Below are positions 1 through 44,900 of a stretch of DNA of 64,000 nt, piece after piece; the first letter of the stretch is position 1; the number at the start of each line of letters is the position of its first letter. The position numbers and the translations under genes were made by a program. Under the pieces are notes generated by a model that worked only from the letters and a program-made list of their open reading frames with translations, made no database searches and was not told the DNA's origin. The stretch is from the NCBI RefSeq assembly GCF_964355755.1, contig NC_092676.1:30336871-30400870 (forward strand), read 5' to 3'. The DNA comes from Antedon mediterranea. Its lineage: Eukaryota > Animalia > Echinodermata.

Positions 1-695
1 CATCAGTCAAAATCAACAAGTTGTTGGTATACAGGAAACCTTATTTTTGAATAATACAGTTTAATACTTGTGGTTTCTTTCAAACTTTTTAGAATATGCA
101 CTAGATGGTGAAACAATACTGTATGAATACTTGTCCAAATTTACTAAACCTTACAGTAGGATTCAATTTTTGAGGTAGATTGATCATCTTCATTTCAATT
201 AATAAATGGTGGTGTTAGATTCTAAATTACATTGTTTTCAAGCTTTTTATCCTAAAACCACAACTAAATTTAATACTAGTTTTAATATTTAAATAATTAC
301 ACCAAATTTAAATCCAAAATTTCATGATTTACATATAGTGTATGTGTATGGTATTTCAAAAAGTACATTTACTAATTACTAATATTTATTAAAAACAAAA
401 TCTTAGTAAATCTAATAAAAAATAAGATATACATTGTTGTTAGAAAAATAAATTTATTTCTTACAAAAATTAGCATACATTATCGGAAGTGATATAAATT
501 TCTCTAAAATGAAAACCCTTAAATTCCCATCACCTAGTATATATAATTATTTTATTGTAGAAGTTGTACTGTTGCTGTTTAGGAATACACCAGTCAGTGT
601 GTATTTGTGTGTAGTTTTAAAACGTACCATGACTTTGGTTTACTCTGATCTTATTAGAAAGTTGAGGTTCTGTTTTAGTTTAGCTTTTTAAAATG

Positions 696-1551
696 CTAGT
701 AACGATGATGATCACCAAACAGCAACCAGAAGAGAAGAGCACCAAAAACCATTGGAATAGCGATCTCCATAGGCTGTTTCTCAAGGCTTATCAATGTGTA
801 AGCAGCTCCAACCATTATAATAAGAAGGCCAACAGTACTGAACCAGGCTGCATCAGGACGTCCAAATGCCACCAGCACACCCATTGCAATCTCCACAGCA
901 CCGATAACAGTACGGTACATATCTGCTTCCATTTTGACACCAACTTGCTTAAGTGGGAATACTTTGTTGAAACTTCTGAAATCGGATACCTGAAAATTGA
1001 AACAAGTTTGTGTTATATACAGTGGAGAGAAAGTAGATATGCTAGAGATACTACTATTGTAGTAGGAGAACGTTTTATTAATACTGTAATAATAAATATC
1101 TATCCATATCCATTTAGTAGTACCTTTCCCAAAAACACGGATTTGCCACTATCCTAGCTACACTTGCTGGTTTTCAAGAACCAATTGACAATATTTATTA
1201 AAAATTATTCTAGGGCTAGGCTAGGTATACTTTATCTTATAAACAATCTTTATTATTAATTGAAGAGGGGCAAAAGCCTGCTGTGAATGTGATGGGCCCT
1301 TCTCAAAACAGACCAACTTTATTAAAATATGATTACTCAGTACATCCCCCTTAAACGAGGCCTAGCTAGCTGCTAGGCTAGTAGGCCTAGGCTATACTTC
1401 TAAATACTGGCTAGGCCTAGGCTAGATAACACTTAATAATAATATTATTTACCATTTTACCGTGCAGTGGTTGCACGGGTACGACCTTGGGTACTCCAGA
1501 TGCAACAAATAGAAGCCCAAGAGCAAGGCTAAGAGCACGATGAAATCCCAT
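696..1551 (-). CDS. TMEM35: TMEM35/NACHO-like (DoxX-family) membrane protein, copy 1, 130 aa, 2 exons (1551-1453, 989-696)
   Basis: Exon 1 MGFHRALSLALGLLFVASGVPKVVPVQPLHGKM|gtaaat. Exon 2 tttcag|VSDFRSFNKVFPLKQVGVKMEADMYRTVIGAVEIAMG...VFGALLFWLL. Resembles TMEM35A motifs LSVALGLFFV..G..K, IGALE..CG and VFGILL. Phase-0 GT-AG intron. Confidence 0.85.
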
Positions 1552-1879
1552 TTTAATTCAATTAAAGTCTAGGCCTAACTAAGATCTTCGAGCAAACGGC
1601 ACACGGGTCAGTGGAGGTGGAGTCGTTTCAGCAGTGGCGGCGGATCGAGAGTGGGGGATTGGAACGTGTACGCCGCGAACGTAACGTCAAAGACCGTGTG
1701 TGTGATGGATGGGAGAGTGAATGCTGCCCTCAATTTGTTTTTATTTGATCAATTTTCTCTATATACACAGCGCGCGCGCGCGCGGGAAAACTTATAATAT
1801 TACCACAATTGTTTATTTTCGTTCACTTCTACACAGTTTTGATTTAAAATAGTTTTGTACTGATTATTTATAAGATTAA

Positions 1880-2132
1880 AGGGACGGACTCTTAGATCAT
1901 CTGATGATTTTTTACTCTCTGTTCCACGCATAGCCACTAAAACCTTTGGTCATAGATCGTTTTCTTTTGCTGCACCCACACTCTGGAATTCACTCCCCCC
2001 ACAAATTAAACACTGCTCTTCTGTTGCCTTATTTTAAAAAATGCTCAAAACTCTTTTTTTTTTAAACCACTAACATGCCCAACGCCTTTGATTTTGTACC
2101 TCGGTCTTTGAATTGACGCTTTATAAATTTTG

Positions 2133-2165
<33 letters not shown>
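1880..2165 (+). mobile_element. Degenerate 3' end of an L2/CR1-group LINE with (AAT)n tail
   Basis: Translates RTLRSSDDFLLSVPRIATKTFGHRSFSFAAPTLWNSLPPQIKHCSSVALF*KMLKT, a typical LINE ORF2 C-terminus, followed by (ata)n at about 2135-2165. Confidence 0.8.
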
Positions 2166-2167
<2 letters not shown>

Positions 2168-2229
2168 GAGCAAGAAGTACGTAAAAATATAAATAGCAAA
2201 ATATTTTTCTTTTCCAATCAGAACATAGA

Positions 2230-2320
2230 AGCTCTGCCTACATGATCAAACTTTATGTGACCAAAAAATGTGATGTGCCCATATGGACATGATGATGTCA
2301 TTTCACTACTGTGAAAGCTT
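2230..2320. mobile_element. Degenerate copy of MITE family A
   Basis: agctctgcctacatgatcaaactttatgtgac...tgtgatgtgcccatat matches the family A copies at 22811, 24758, 34992, 39163 and 60630. Confidence 0.6.
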
Positions 2321-2953
2321 AAGCCTCTTGGACTTCACAGTGGCACTTTTAATTTTTGGTGGCCCAGTAAAGTAAACAATGTGAGTTTAATAAATCCTGT
2401 AAACGATTCTGACATTTTTTATAGTGGTTTAATATAACAATTAATAAAATGTAGGCCTATACAATTAATTAACACTTATGAAACGTTACGTTACGTAAAC
2501 AGATTGTGTAGACTACTCAAGGACGTCGTACAATCATGACAAAATGGATCGTTCCAATTGATTGTCGTTTGTGATTGGTCAACTCACTTGCGCCCGTGCG
2601 TTGTGCGTCCACCAGAAGTGGGAACCAATCAAATCAATAGAAAATACTATCACTATTATTATATGGAATTGAGATTAATAAGCATGGACAATGATTAGAT
2701 TTTATAAACATAATAACTTTTTTTTACAAAGTGTATGCTGTTTTGACTTCTTCTTTTACAAGCTAATATTGAGGAAGTATTTTTTTTTACAAATTGAAAT
2801 GCAGCATATAGGCATATCAACAATGGCTGGAAGGAAGAGGAGTGTTTCCGTACAATAATATGTTCCATTTATTATCAACCAGAATATTCAAAAGCCAATA
2901 CTTTGAGCTCCAATTTATGATAAAAATATAAAATTAAAAGGTGATCCCAGTCC

Positions 2954-3598
2954 TCAGTTTATTTTAATATGACGACGCTCATCATAAAGCAACCATCCGA
3001 GAAGACCAGCAACAAGACCATTAAACGCAATCTCTGCTGGATGGTCCCCAATTATCGTCAGCACGTAAACGCCAGAAATCATTATATTCATGAGGCAAAA
3101 GGTACTGAACCGGGCTGCATCAGGACGTCCAAACACCATCAATGCACTCATTACAATCTCCATAGAACCGATACAAGTGCGGTACATTTCTGCGCCAATA
3201 CCGATGAGATTAAACGGGAACGCAACACTGTATCTTCTCCAATCTGATACCTGAAATAAACCACAAAACCCTTAATCCTATTATTTGTTAAAAACTATTT
3301 ACAATTCATTAAATTAAGGCCACGAGAAATTATGAGACGATGAAATCTGGCACCGGCCGCAAAAAAATTAACTTTCATCCGTTGTCATGGAATATTGTTT
3401 GGGGGAGGGTCTAATGAAAGACCACCCGCACCGACATTTTGAGAGAATTATATTGTATTTCCTTATACTACATTATTAAACATTGAAGAGCAAACTTACC
3501 AATCTATCGTGCAGTGGTTGAACAGGTACAACTTTGGGAACTCCAGCTACAATAAATAAAAGTCCTAGTGCAAGTGTAACAATACGACGAAATTCCAT
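2954..3598 (-). CDS. TMEM35: TMEM35/NACHO-like membrane protein, copy 2, 131 aa, 2 exons (3598-3500, 3250-2954)
   Basis: Exon 1 MEFRRIVTLALGLLFIVAGVPKVVPVQPLHDRL|gtaagt. Exon 2 tttcag|VSDWRRYSVAFPFNLIGIGAEMYRTCIGSMEIV... Same 99-nt first exon and intron phase as copy 1; shares GVPKVVPVQPLH and FGRPDAA.FST. Confidence 0.85.
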
Positions 3599-4169
3599 TT
3601 TAATTTAAAATAAAACAAATTTCAAATCAAATAAAATATACTGTAAGGAAATACATTTACAGGATGTAAAGTAAGTAATCGGTTTTAAAGCATAATAAAC
3701 ATGAAATAATAATGTTGGTTGGTTCTTATATACCCAATCAGAACGATATAGAAGATGACGTAAATACATTCTAAGGCCTTTAAGATTTTTATATTAATAT
3801 TAATGACATAGTTACACGCGCAGCCGCGCCGATGATAGGAGTAACAGAAATATGTAACCACGAATACTAAAAATATAATATATATTGAGTCAGCCTATAC
3901 AAATTAAACTACAGTAATTAATTAACATCTTATGTACAAAACACTACTTACTAGCTAGTTGTTTTCAATTTCAATTGTTGTTATGATTTCCCCTATACTA
4001 TAAAAATAATCAAGACCTTATATATTCTGACCAATAATACCTCACTAATTAAAAAAATACTTACATCATACAATACGTACGGTTTTTTTTTTATAACGTT
4101 AGATAAATACAAATACTAGGTGTACGCCTACACAACACCTAGTATCCATATTTTAAAACTCTGATTATC

Positions 4170-4250
4170 CATGGAGATTCGAACCCCAGCTAGTAGAGCT
4201 GAGAGATTTCAAACAATAGTTACTAGAGAGCACTATCCGTTAAGTCACAA
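4170..4250 (-). mobile_element. tRNA-derived SINE-like head
   Basis: The minus strand has an A-box-like TGACTTAACGG and a B-box GGTTCGAATC, but no complete cloverleaf. Confidence 0.45.
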
Positions 4251-5091
4251 TGTACACGAGGAATGAAGGGTGACAATAGTATATTTTTATACGCGCTTCA
4301 GTCTAGTACTTAACCTTGCTGTAAACTAGAGGATCGGATAGCTCAGTCGGTAGAGCGTCGTGGAACACGATTATCGTTGGGGTCTAATGTAAAGTACCTA
4401 GAGGGGTCAGTGATCCATTGGCACTATATAATTATTGTTTATTATTTAATTATTATGCCAGTCGTTGGAAAAGAGTTAGAGCTATGCGCGCTGCTGTGTT
4501 TGGGGTTCACAGATTTAAACGTCCCCCTTTCCACCACACGTCATCAGGCAATAACATCAAACAAAGATAGTGTAGTATCTTTGCATCAAATCATCTGATG
4601 TTGTGGTACACAGCTGTGAGAGGGCCTTACCGTGCTAGAGGCAAGGGAGCACACCATCATTTTTTTTTTTGTGGCTTGACACAAGCCTCCTTTTCGATCT
4701 CGTAAATTTTATGTTTGGCGCCCTCAATTTTAAGAACACCTCCTAATATAAATGTGTAAAGATGCCGATGCCCACCTAGCGTACGTGAATACGTAAACGT
4801 GGCCCGTGGCAGTTATTTTTATTTTTTTACAAAGTATCAACAGTTACCATGGATTAATCCATGGGGGTTTTACATAGAGTGGGGTTTTTAGCAAAGATAG
4901 TGTGTTTGGTTTTAGAAATAAAGCCCCCTCTCTCCCCAACACGCAACGATGAGGGCGTCGTACAATATCAGTTTTTACGTTTTATAATATAAAAGGAAGG
5001 AGTCAGAAGAAGGTTGTCTCAGGAAAGCTGTAAATATTCTGTTTCTTTTGGATTTTTTATTGAATTAATTTCATGGATTTATACTAAGGAT

Positions 5092-37809
<32,718 letters not shown>

Positions 37810-39162
37810 GTAACCATATAATAATAGATAAAAGTGTACCCTCCTAGGTGGAGGGAATAAACTGTTTACCTTCCAAAAATTAGCTAATAATAATAAAAAA
37901 ATAAATTGTAATTTTGTAAGTGCCTTGCCAATAGATGGGGCAACAAGCATGTAGCCCCTTGTCACCCTATAAACAACCCCACACCCTCGCAGTTCTCATA
38001 ACAGTTTTGTATAAAAGAGTATTATCCAACGTCTATATTATTTGCACAGTTTAATTAAAAATGCTTTTATTTTTGTTAATTAGTAGCCTACTACCCAAGT
38101 TGGTGATGGGTTAGATAGTTCATTTGAATTTAGTTTAATATTATTAGTTGATAAAAACGGCTTAACTATATTCTTTAATATTTATTATTGATATCATTTA
38201 TGTATCCTTACTAATATTGATTGAAAACTTATATTGATTTGTATTGATTACCTGTATTATGTATTGATTCTTATTACCAAAATATTATTGTTAAAAACAT
38301 GATTCATATGTTTTAAATTTCTGTAATAATATAGTAACAATAATTATAATAATGAATTTTCATAATTAATTTGATTTAACTTATCATTTAAATTACTTAT
38401 TTTGCATGTCTTGTTTGTTCATTTTGCTTTTTTTTTTGACAATTAAACACATTAAGTTTACATTATCATTTATTAATACACATTTTATTACCGAACAGCA
38501 AATGACATTTATTTATTTTATTTTATTACGGTTCAATAGGCTAATAAATAATAGTAATAATAAATTCCACATGGTTTTATTTGTACAAAAGATAACATAT
38601 AGTATAGAGCAGCATAACTATAGTCTTGTTTTACAATGTATTGTAAATATCAATAATTCTTGAAAGCAATCAACTACAAAAATCTACAATTTGATCAAGT
38701 TAAGAATTGAATGCAAATGAGTGTACATATGTTAGAGATTACGCTGTTGGTTTTAAAATGCTTTATTTAAAAGAAATTCTTGAAAACCATGGTGTAGTTA
38801 TAACAACGGTATCAATCATTGTATATTAGCTGGGTGTTCTTAAGTTTTAAACAATTTGTTTTTGAAAGATTGCAACAATTATGACTTGAAAGTTGAACAG
38901 AAAAAGTATTGAATCATTAAAATGGTTGAGAATTTGTGTATTAAAATGTTAGTGTTTGAACTTTAATATTCTTGTTTTATATAGCAACACTAACAATGAC
39001 ATGCAATTATTAAGTTTATGTATTTTAAAGTTTGTTAGTTTATTACTAAAGCTCCGAGAAGCACATTTTGTAAATAATATTCAATTAAATTTGTAATAAG
39101 CAAGACAGTTTTACAGATTTTTATTTGTTGTCTGACGTTTGACATTTTGATGACTGTTTGTA

Positions 39163-39295
39163 AGCTCTGTCTACACTATAAAACTAGTTTGACAAAAAAA
39201 TGTGATGTGCCCAAATATGGTAGTGGTATGACATCATACTGTCTATATATGGTCACATCACATTTTGTTGTCACATACAATTTGTAGACAGAGCT
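39163..39295. mobile_element. MITE family A (Harbinger-like)
   Basis: agctctgtctaca...tgtagacagagct with the family A core. Confidence 0.8.
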
Positions 39296-39415
39296 TTATA
39301 CTGTGTACATTGATGTTGCATATACATTTCGGATGCATTTTGGCGTTACATACTTTTTATAATACAGTAGGCTTATTCGACTGGTCTGTTTTGAAAAGAT
39401 TTAACTCTGTGCGAG

Positions 39416-40720
39416 CATGGATTAAAGAATAGAAGGATATGCATCGACGTGAGATCAAGGGTTCCTTGACTCTCGCCGACAGACCGCGGACCGCCCACAA
39501 TGTTACAGTTTAATTAACCGCATGGTAACAACGAAACGGTCGCGTGCCTAATATATTGTTTACTGCACATGTGCAACGACATTTAACCTTGTTGGCTACT
39601 ACGCTTCTTTCGCGCGTTCTTTGGTGGCATGATGTTTGTAGATGGTCAACTATTGACTATGTTGGTTTCTGCCGCGATTGATCTACGCTAATGATTTTTT
39701 TATGATGATTAAAGTAGCATTTTATGACCTGTAGTAGCCCTACATCTGAGACAATAACTATTAGTTGTCTCATTTGTTGTAAAATTACAAAATCAGCAAG
39801 AATGCTAGCCTAGCTAGGCCCAGGCCTTGTACTAACTAGGCTAAACTGGGCTAGTAAACCCTATGATTTGCCGACATTGATACTGCCTAGGTAGGCCTAG
39901 GCTAATCTTAAATACTCACCGTTGTCTTACTTCTTGTGTGAATAATAATAGGTAGGCCTACTTCGTTTGTTCGTGATCAAGTTTGCCCTGCGTGTACTTT
40001 TCAAAACGACCGCTAGGTAACGAATCGCAACTATACATAGCCAGCCAATCCCGGATCAGGGATCGCTGTTTTCATTCAATTAGGCCCGGTGATTGGATGT
40101 GATGTGGATGACATAACCACTAGCCAATCACCAGGCACTACAGTTTAAATATAATCACATCGATAATTAAGGAGATTTATGAAGAAACCACTGCTTAGCC
40201 ATAATTATATTAAAAAACACGATTGTTGTATGTCTGAACACCGGCCACGCTAACAACATACATGGTCAAATGCATAATTTAATATTCTATAGATTAACGC
40301 AATTTTTAATGACAGAAGATGGCAGGCAAATAATGATAATTCAAATATAAAAATGGCATATTTTATTAATATTACCAACTACCTAAAATTACCAGTCGTA
40401 AGAAAGTGAACTTTTCGTAGTCCGATTGTGATGAAACTAAAACAGAATTATTCAGCAATATATGTTTGTTATCAATTAATCATCGACGCAGACATGTCAA
40501 TAGAACATTCAGACTGCGCATACGATTTCTACATGGTTACGTTTTGGTCTCAAAAAATGTAACAGTTGATTCGCAGCGTTTTACAGAGGGCCGCGGTTAG
40601 AGACACGGAGTTCAATGAACGTGTTTGTTTGATTGGCAGCAGTGCTTTAGTATAGGCAAGCGCGTTGTAAAATCGTTTGATGTCACCGTCGATGCATATC
40701 CTTCTATTCTTTAATCCATG
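39416..40720. mobile_element. P-element-like non-autonomous DNA transposon nested in a small inverted-repeat element (39374-40766)
   Basis: TIR of about 34 bp catggattaaagaatagaaggatatgcatcgacg; 7-bp TSD gtgcgag (39409-39415, 40721-40727); outer IR tattcgactggtc...gaccagtcgaata. Confidence 0.8.
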
Positions 40721-40771
40721 GTGCGAGTGATAGGCCTACATCTTTTCACTATCGACCAGTCGAATATAATA

Positions 40772-41767
40772 AAGTCGGCCCCAATCCGTCTCGGCCCCAC
40801 GTCAAGTCGGCCCGGCCTCACGTCAACTCGGCCACAATAAAGTATGGAACGCAAAAAGTGCTTAATATTATTATGATTCAGATTCAGATAATATTTATTT
40901 AGATAATAATGAATGAATATATACAAAATAGAAAAAAGATTAAATTAAAGTGAACATAGATAAAGCAGTAATTGGTAGTCATTATTATCATGGATCCCTT
41001 CTAGAAGTTAAAAACTTGTCTCGTAGGGACCCACAACAAAACACATTACTAAAAACAAAAATACTAGAATATATACATTATATAATTTAGGATAAAAAAT
41101 TACAGTATAATAACATAACTAACATCTTCTTTATAAAAATTATTTAAATTATATTTCAATAGTTTCATGATAATTATAAATGATTCTTATATATCTACGC
41201 TTTAAAAAAAATGAAGAAATAAAAAATATAATATAATTAAATAATATATAAAAAAATGAACTCATTGCCGATATAGAAGTACCCGCGTCACGTGTTACAA
41301 AAACACCTGCAGGTACCGCATTTTAGTAAATCGAAGTTGGCCATAGAAAAAATGATGTTTTTGTCCATAATTTGCTTTTGTAAAAAAGGGGAATCCCCCG
41401 GTCGTCAGTGAAAACACGGATATCGAAAATTAAAAGCTGCCAAAGGCGTAGGGAGGCGCAGCTACGAATTGTTTCAATTGTGCAATTTGAAATTTTATTA
41501 AACGTAAATAAAGGAAAGTTGCTGAAATCATTCCTATTTTTTTTTGCTAAATATATTATTATCTAAATATTAATATTCATTAAAAGTCAGAATTATTCAT
41601 AAATTGTAAAGAAATATTATTTTATCAATCCCCTTCATTTGCACTTTTTGCGATCCATACTTTAACGGGGCCGAGTTGACGTGAGGCCGAGTTGACTTGA
41701 GGCCGAGTTGACTTGAGGCCGAGTTGACTTGAGGCCGACTTGACTTGTGGCATGGCCGACTTGACTT
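40772..41767. mobile_element. Foldback/MULE-like element with tandemly repeated inverted ends
   Basis: Left gtcaactcggcc-type repeats at 40772-40836; right 16-bp (ggccgagttgacttga)n at 41668-41767. Confidence 0.6.
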
Positions 41768-41936
41768 AATCGAAATCATATTATTAGCAAAGATAGTGTT
41801 ATTAGATAATTATAGAGGGCGAAAAAATGATGGCAACGGTGGTTTTCTATTCCATCTAAAAAAAAATACCTGGATTAAGTATATCCCTGTATTCATATTT
41901 TGTACGTTTATAGACCATTTTTAGAATAAACTAAAA

Positions 41937-44900
41937 ATGATTTTTTGTGGGTTACCTCGCTTATTTTTAAGGTCTGTAAATATTAGTAAACCTTTGGTTC
42001 ATTGTGGTGGGCCGGCGTGTTCCGAAATCTCAACTCGCGCAGCAGTAGTAAGAAGAGCACATCAAAGGAGCCGGAGCTCTGTTGTCATCTCCAGGTCCCT
42101 GGGCCTAGGCCTAGGCCCAATCGGCTTACTATCACCTTTATGTGTACAATTAAATAATGCACCAGCTTATCCAATAATTACACAACATAGATGTTACACA
42201 AGTAAGATTAAACCACGGAAGAAAAAACCAAGTAAGTCAAGTTTCAATCTAATCAAGCCCTCCTAAATATGGATGGGGTGTCACGAAAGCTCAGACCACG
42301 AAAGCTCAGACCCCCTAAGACCTAACTAAGATCACGAAAGCTAAGACCCAACACCTAAGATTACAAATACTAAGATATACTACAGCTTAAAAACAATACT
42401 TGTTTATCCATACATAATTTTAAACACAGTAGGTTTCATTTATTACCATAAATATAATTTAATAGTAATACTACCGCAAAACATAGATAAACTCACATTA
42501 TTTTCGCCCGTTGAGTAAATGTATATTTTTTCTTTACAACAAACAAACTTGACGGGTAGTTTGTTGGTATATATTTACTCCATTGTGTTGCTTCAGAGGA
42601 TGTTTTTCTTACGCACCTGCCTTTCTTGTATTTTGACTCCAAATTTGTTGACTAACTTTATCCTGAACACCACACTTTAAAATTAGGACTTATATTATAA
42701 GTACTTTCAGAAGGAGAAACACATAATAACAAATAAATAAATCCTTTAAATTGATGATTTTACAGATGTGTTTCTTTGTATATACTGTAATGACAATGTA
42801 ACTCCTCGAGCTCCCCATGCTCAATGTTTTTGTTTCTATGGAGCGCCAAAAGAGCAACAATAATAGTACAAGTATAAAAACAGAAAGAAAACGAAACAAA
42901 AAAACTTATCATGATTTTTAAATTAAAATTTATTTGCCAGTATTTATTTCTTCGTACTTGCATGATTATACTATTATCATTACAATTTTAATTTTACATT
43001 GTTCCATCCACACTGTAGATGGACTCCACAGAGTTTTCAGCCCTCTATATAATTTTTGCTCTTTTGACGTTCCATAGAAACAAAAACATTGAACATGGCC
43101 CATGGGGTAGGCCTACTGTACTGTAGGCTAGTCATTTTGTGTGCGAGAAAAACGTCTGTAAAATCATCAATTTAAAAATGTATTTGTTACTTTTTATGTG
43201 ATTCTTTTTCATGAAAGTGCCAATTCTAAGGTGTGGTATTCAGAATAAATGTTGGGAGTTAAAATACAAGGCAGGTGCGAAAGATAAATATTTGTAATCT
43301 TAGGTGTTGGGTCTTAGCTTTCGTGATCTTAGGTCTTAGGGGGTCTGAGCTTTCGTGGTCTGAGCTTTCGTGACACCCCCTAAATATGGTGTCAGATGAA
43401 ATCGGGCGCGTTTGAAATCGGTCGCGATAAAATCAACTTCCGGTATTTTTGTATGGCGCGCCGCTAGAGCTGTACCTTTGATGAAATCGGTCGCGTTTGA
43501 AATCGGTCGCGCTATTTTGTATGGATCGAGCGGGATGCATGCTAGAGCGGGATATACATTTTTCGTAACTTACCTTTAGGTGACCATGACGGACCCATTT
43601 TGACGCACTGTGACCATGTTGTTTATGATATGGTGGGTGGTAAAGTGACGGACATTGACACACCTTGTTCATTGATGTGACGTACCATCTAGGTTTTTTG
43701 ACGCACCCCTGTGTCAGTAATTATTTGTAAATGACGCACCCATGACGCACCTCTCCCGGGGGTCGTATAGTGGGTCATACAATTGACAAGTGCATAATTC
43801 TTGTCAACATAAGATTGTATAACTTTGTCATAAGAGTGACCTGTAGATGTGCAAGAAATTTTGTTATATGACGTTAGAGTCGCGCAGCGTAAGTTACGCG
43901 CGATTTTATGAATTTCAATGATTGATCATAGATTATAAACCAAAAGTCATTTTGTATTGACACTTTGTGAAAATTTAAGTCATATCAAGGGCAAACTTTC
44001 TATGGATTAAAAATGGCATGTTTCACAAAAAGTTACGCGCGCACGCGCATTTAAAATTTCAAAATGCGCAAAATTAATTTATAATCAATTTTCTACGCTG
44101 ATCATGACATTTTGAGCATGTCAAAAATTCCCATGGGCGCGAAAAATTTTACGCGTAAGGTGCGCACGGAGCATGAAAATCATGTGTTTTTCTCTTGAAT
44201 TATGATCTTGTAGCCTTTCCTAGTCATTTTAAAAAAGATTGACATCATTTCAAATTAAAATGTCGTTATACGAACACGTTGATTTAGACCATTTGCGCGC
44301 GTTTTAGTTGCAAAAGTGACAAAATATTGTCAAAATTATGCCTATTTTTAATCTGTTATAGCTCCTCAGAATCATCCATGACCCCCAATTTTTTTTATTT
44401 TATATGTAAGCAGATATGTTGTAGATATGATTTCATGCAGAATTTTTACCCCTCGGATGTTATGACGTCATCGTATGGCCACACGAATGTAAAATATAGG
44501 ATTTTTTACTGTTTCGTTATTGCTTATCACATTAAATAGAGCGCATCACGCTTATACGTATTCAATTTCCTCAGATATTTTAATACTGTCTAGGTAAAAT
44601 CAACTAGCTTTCGCATGAGTTAAAAATATTTTAATTTTTATGACGTCATCATGTCTAAAAATGTAAATAATGTGGTTCACCTATTTTCATCTTTACAGTA
44701 AATTTCAATCTGTTATAGCTCGTCAGAATAAAAAGTGATAATCATGATTAAAACATTTTCTGGAAGCTATTCGAATTTAGATACGAATTCATGTGAATAT
44801 TTTGCCAATCAGATGTTGTGACGTCATCATATGGCCAGTTGAATTCAAAAAGTCATATTTCAATTCAATTCTTCAAACTTGTATTAATGTAATTATTTAG

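Noticed and set aside
693-3247. Plus-strand ORFs 693-1157 and 2969-3247 that resemble each other
   Set aside because: Antisense shadows of the two TMEM35 second exons.
4330-4375. tRNA gene (ggatagctcagtcggtagagcg)
   Set aside because: Only a D-arm/A-box is present; no anticodon arm, T-arm or acceptor stem. Likely a SINE or tRNA remnant.
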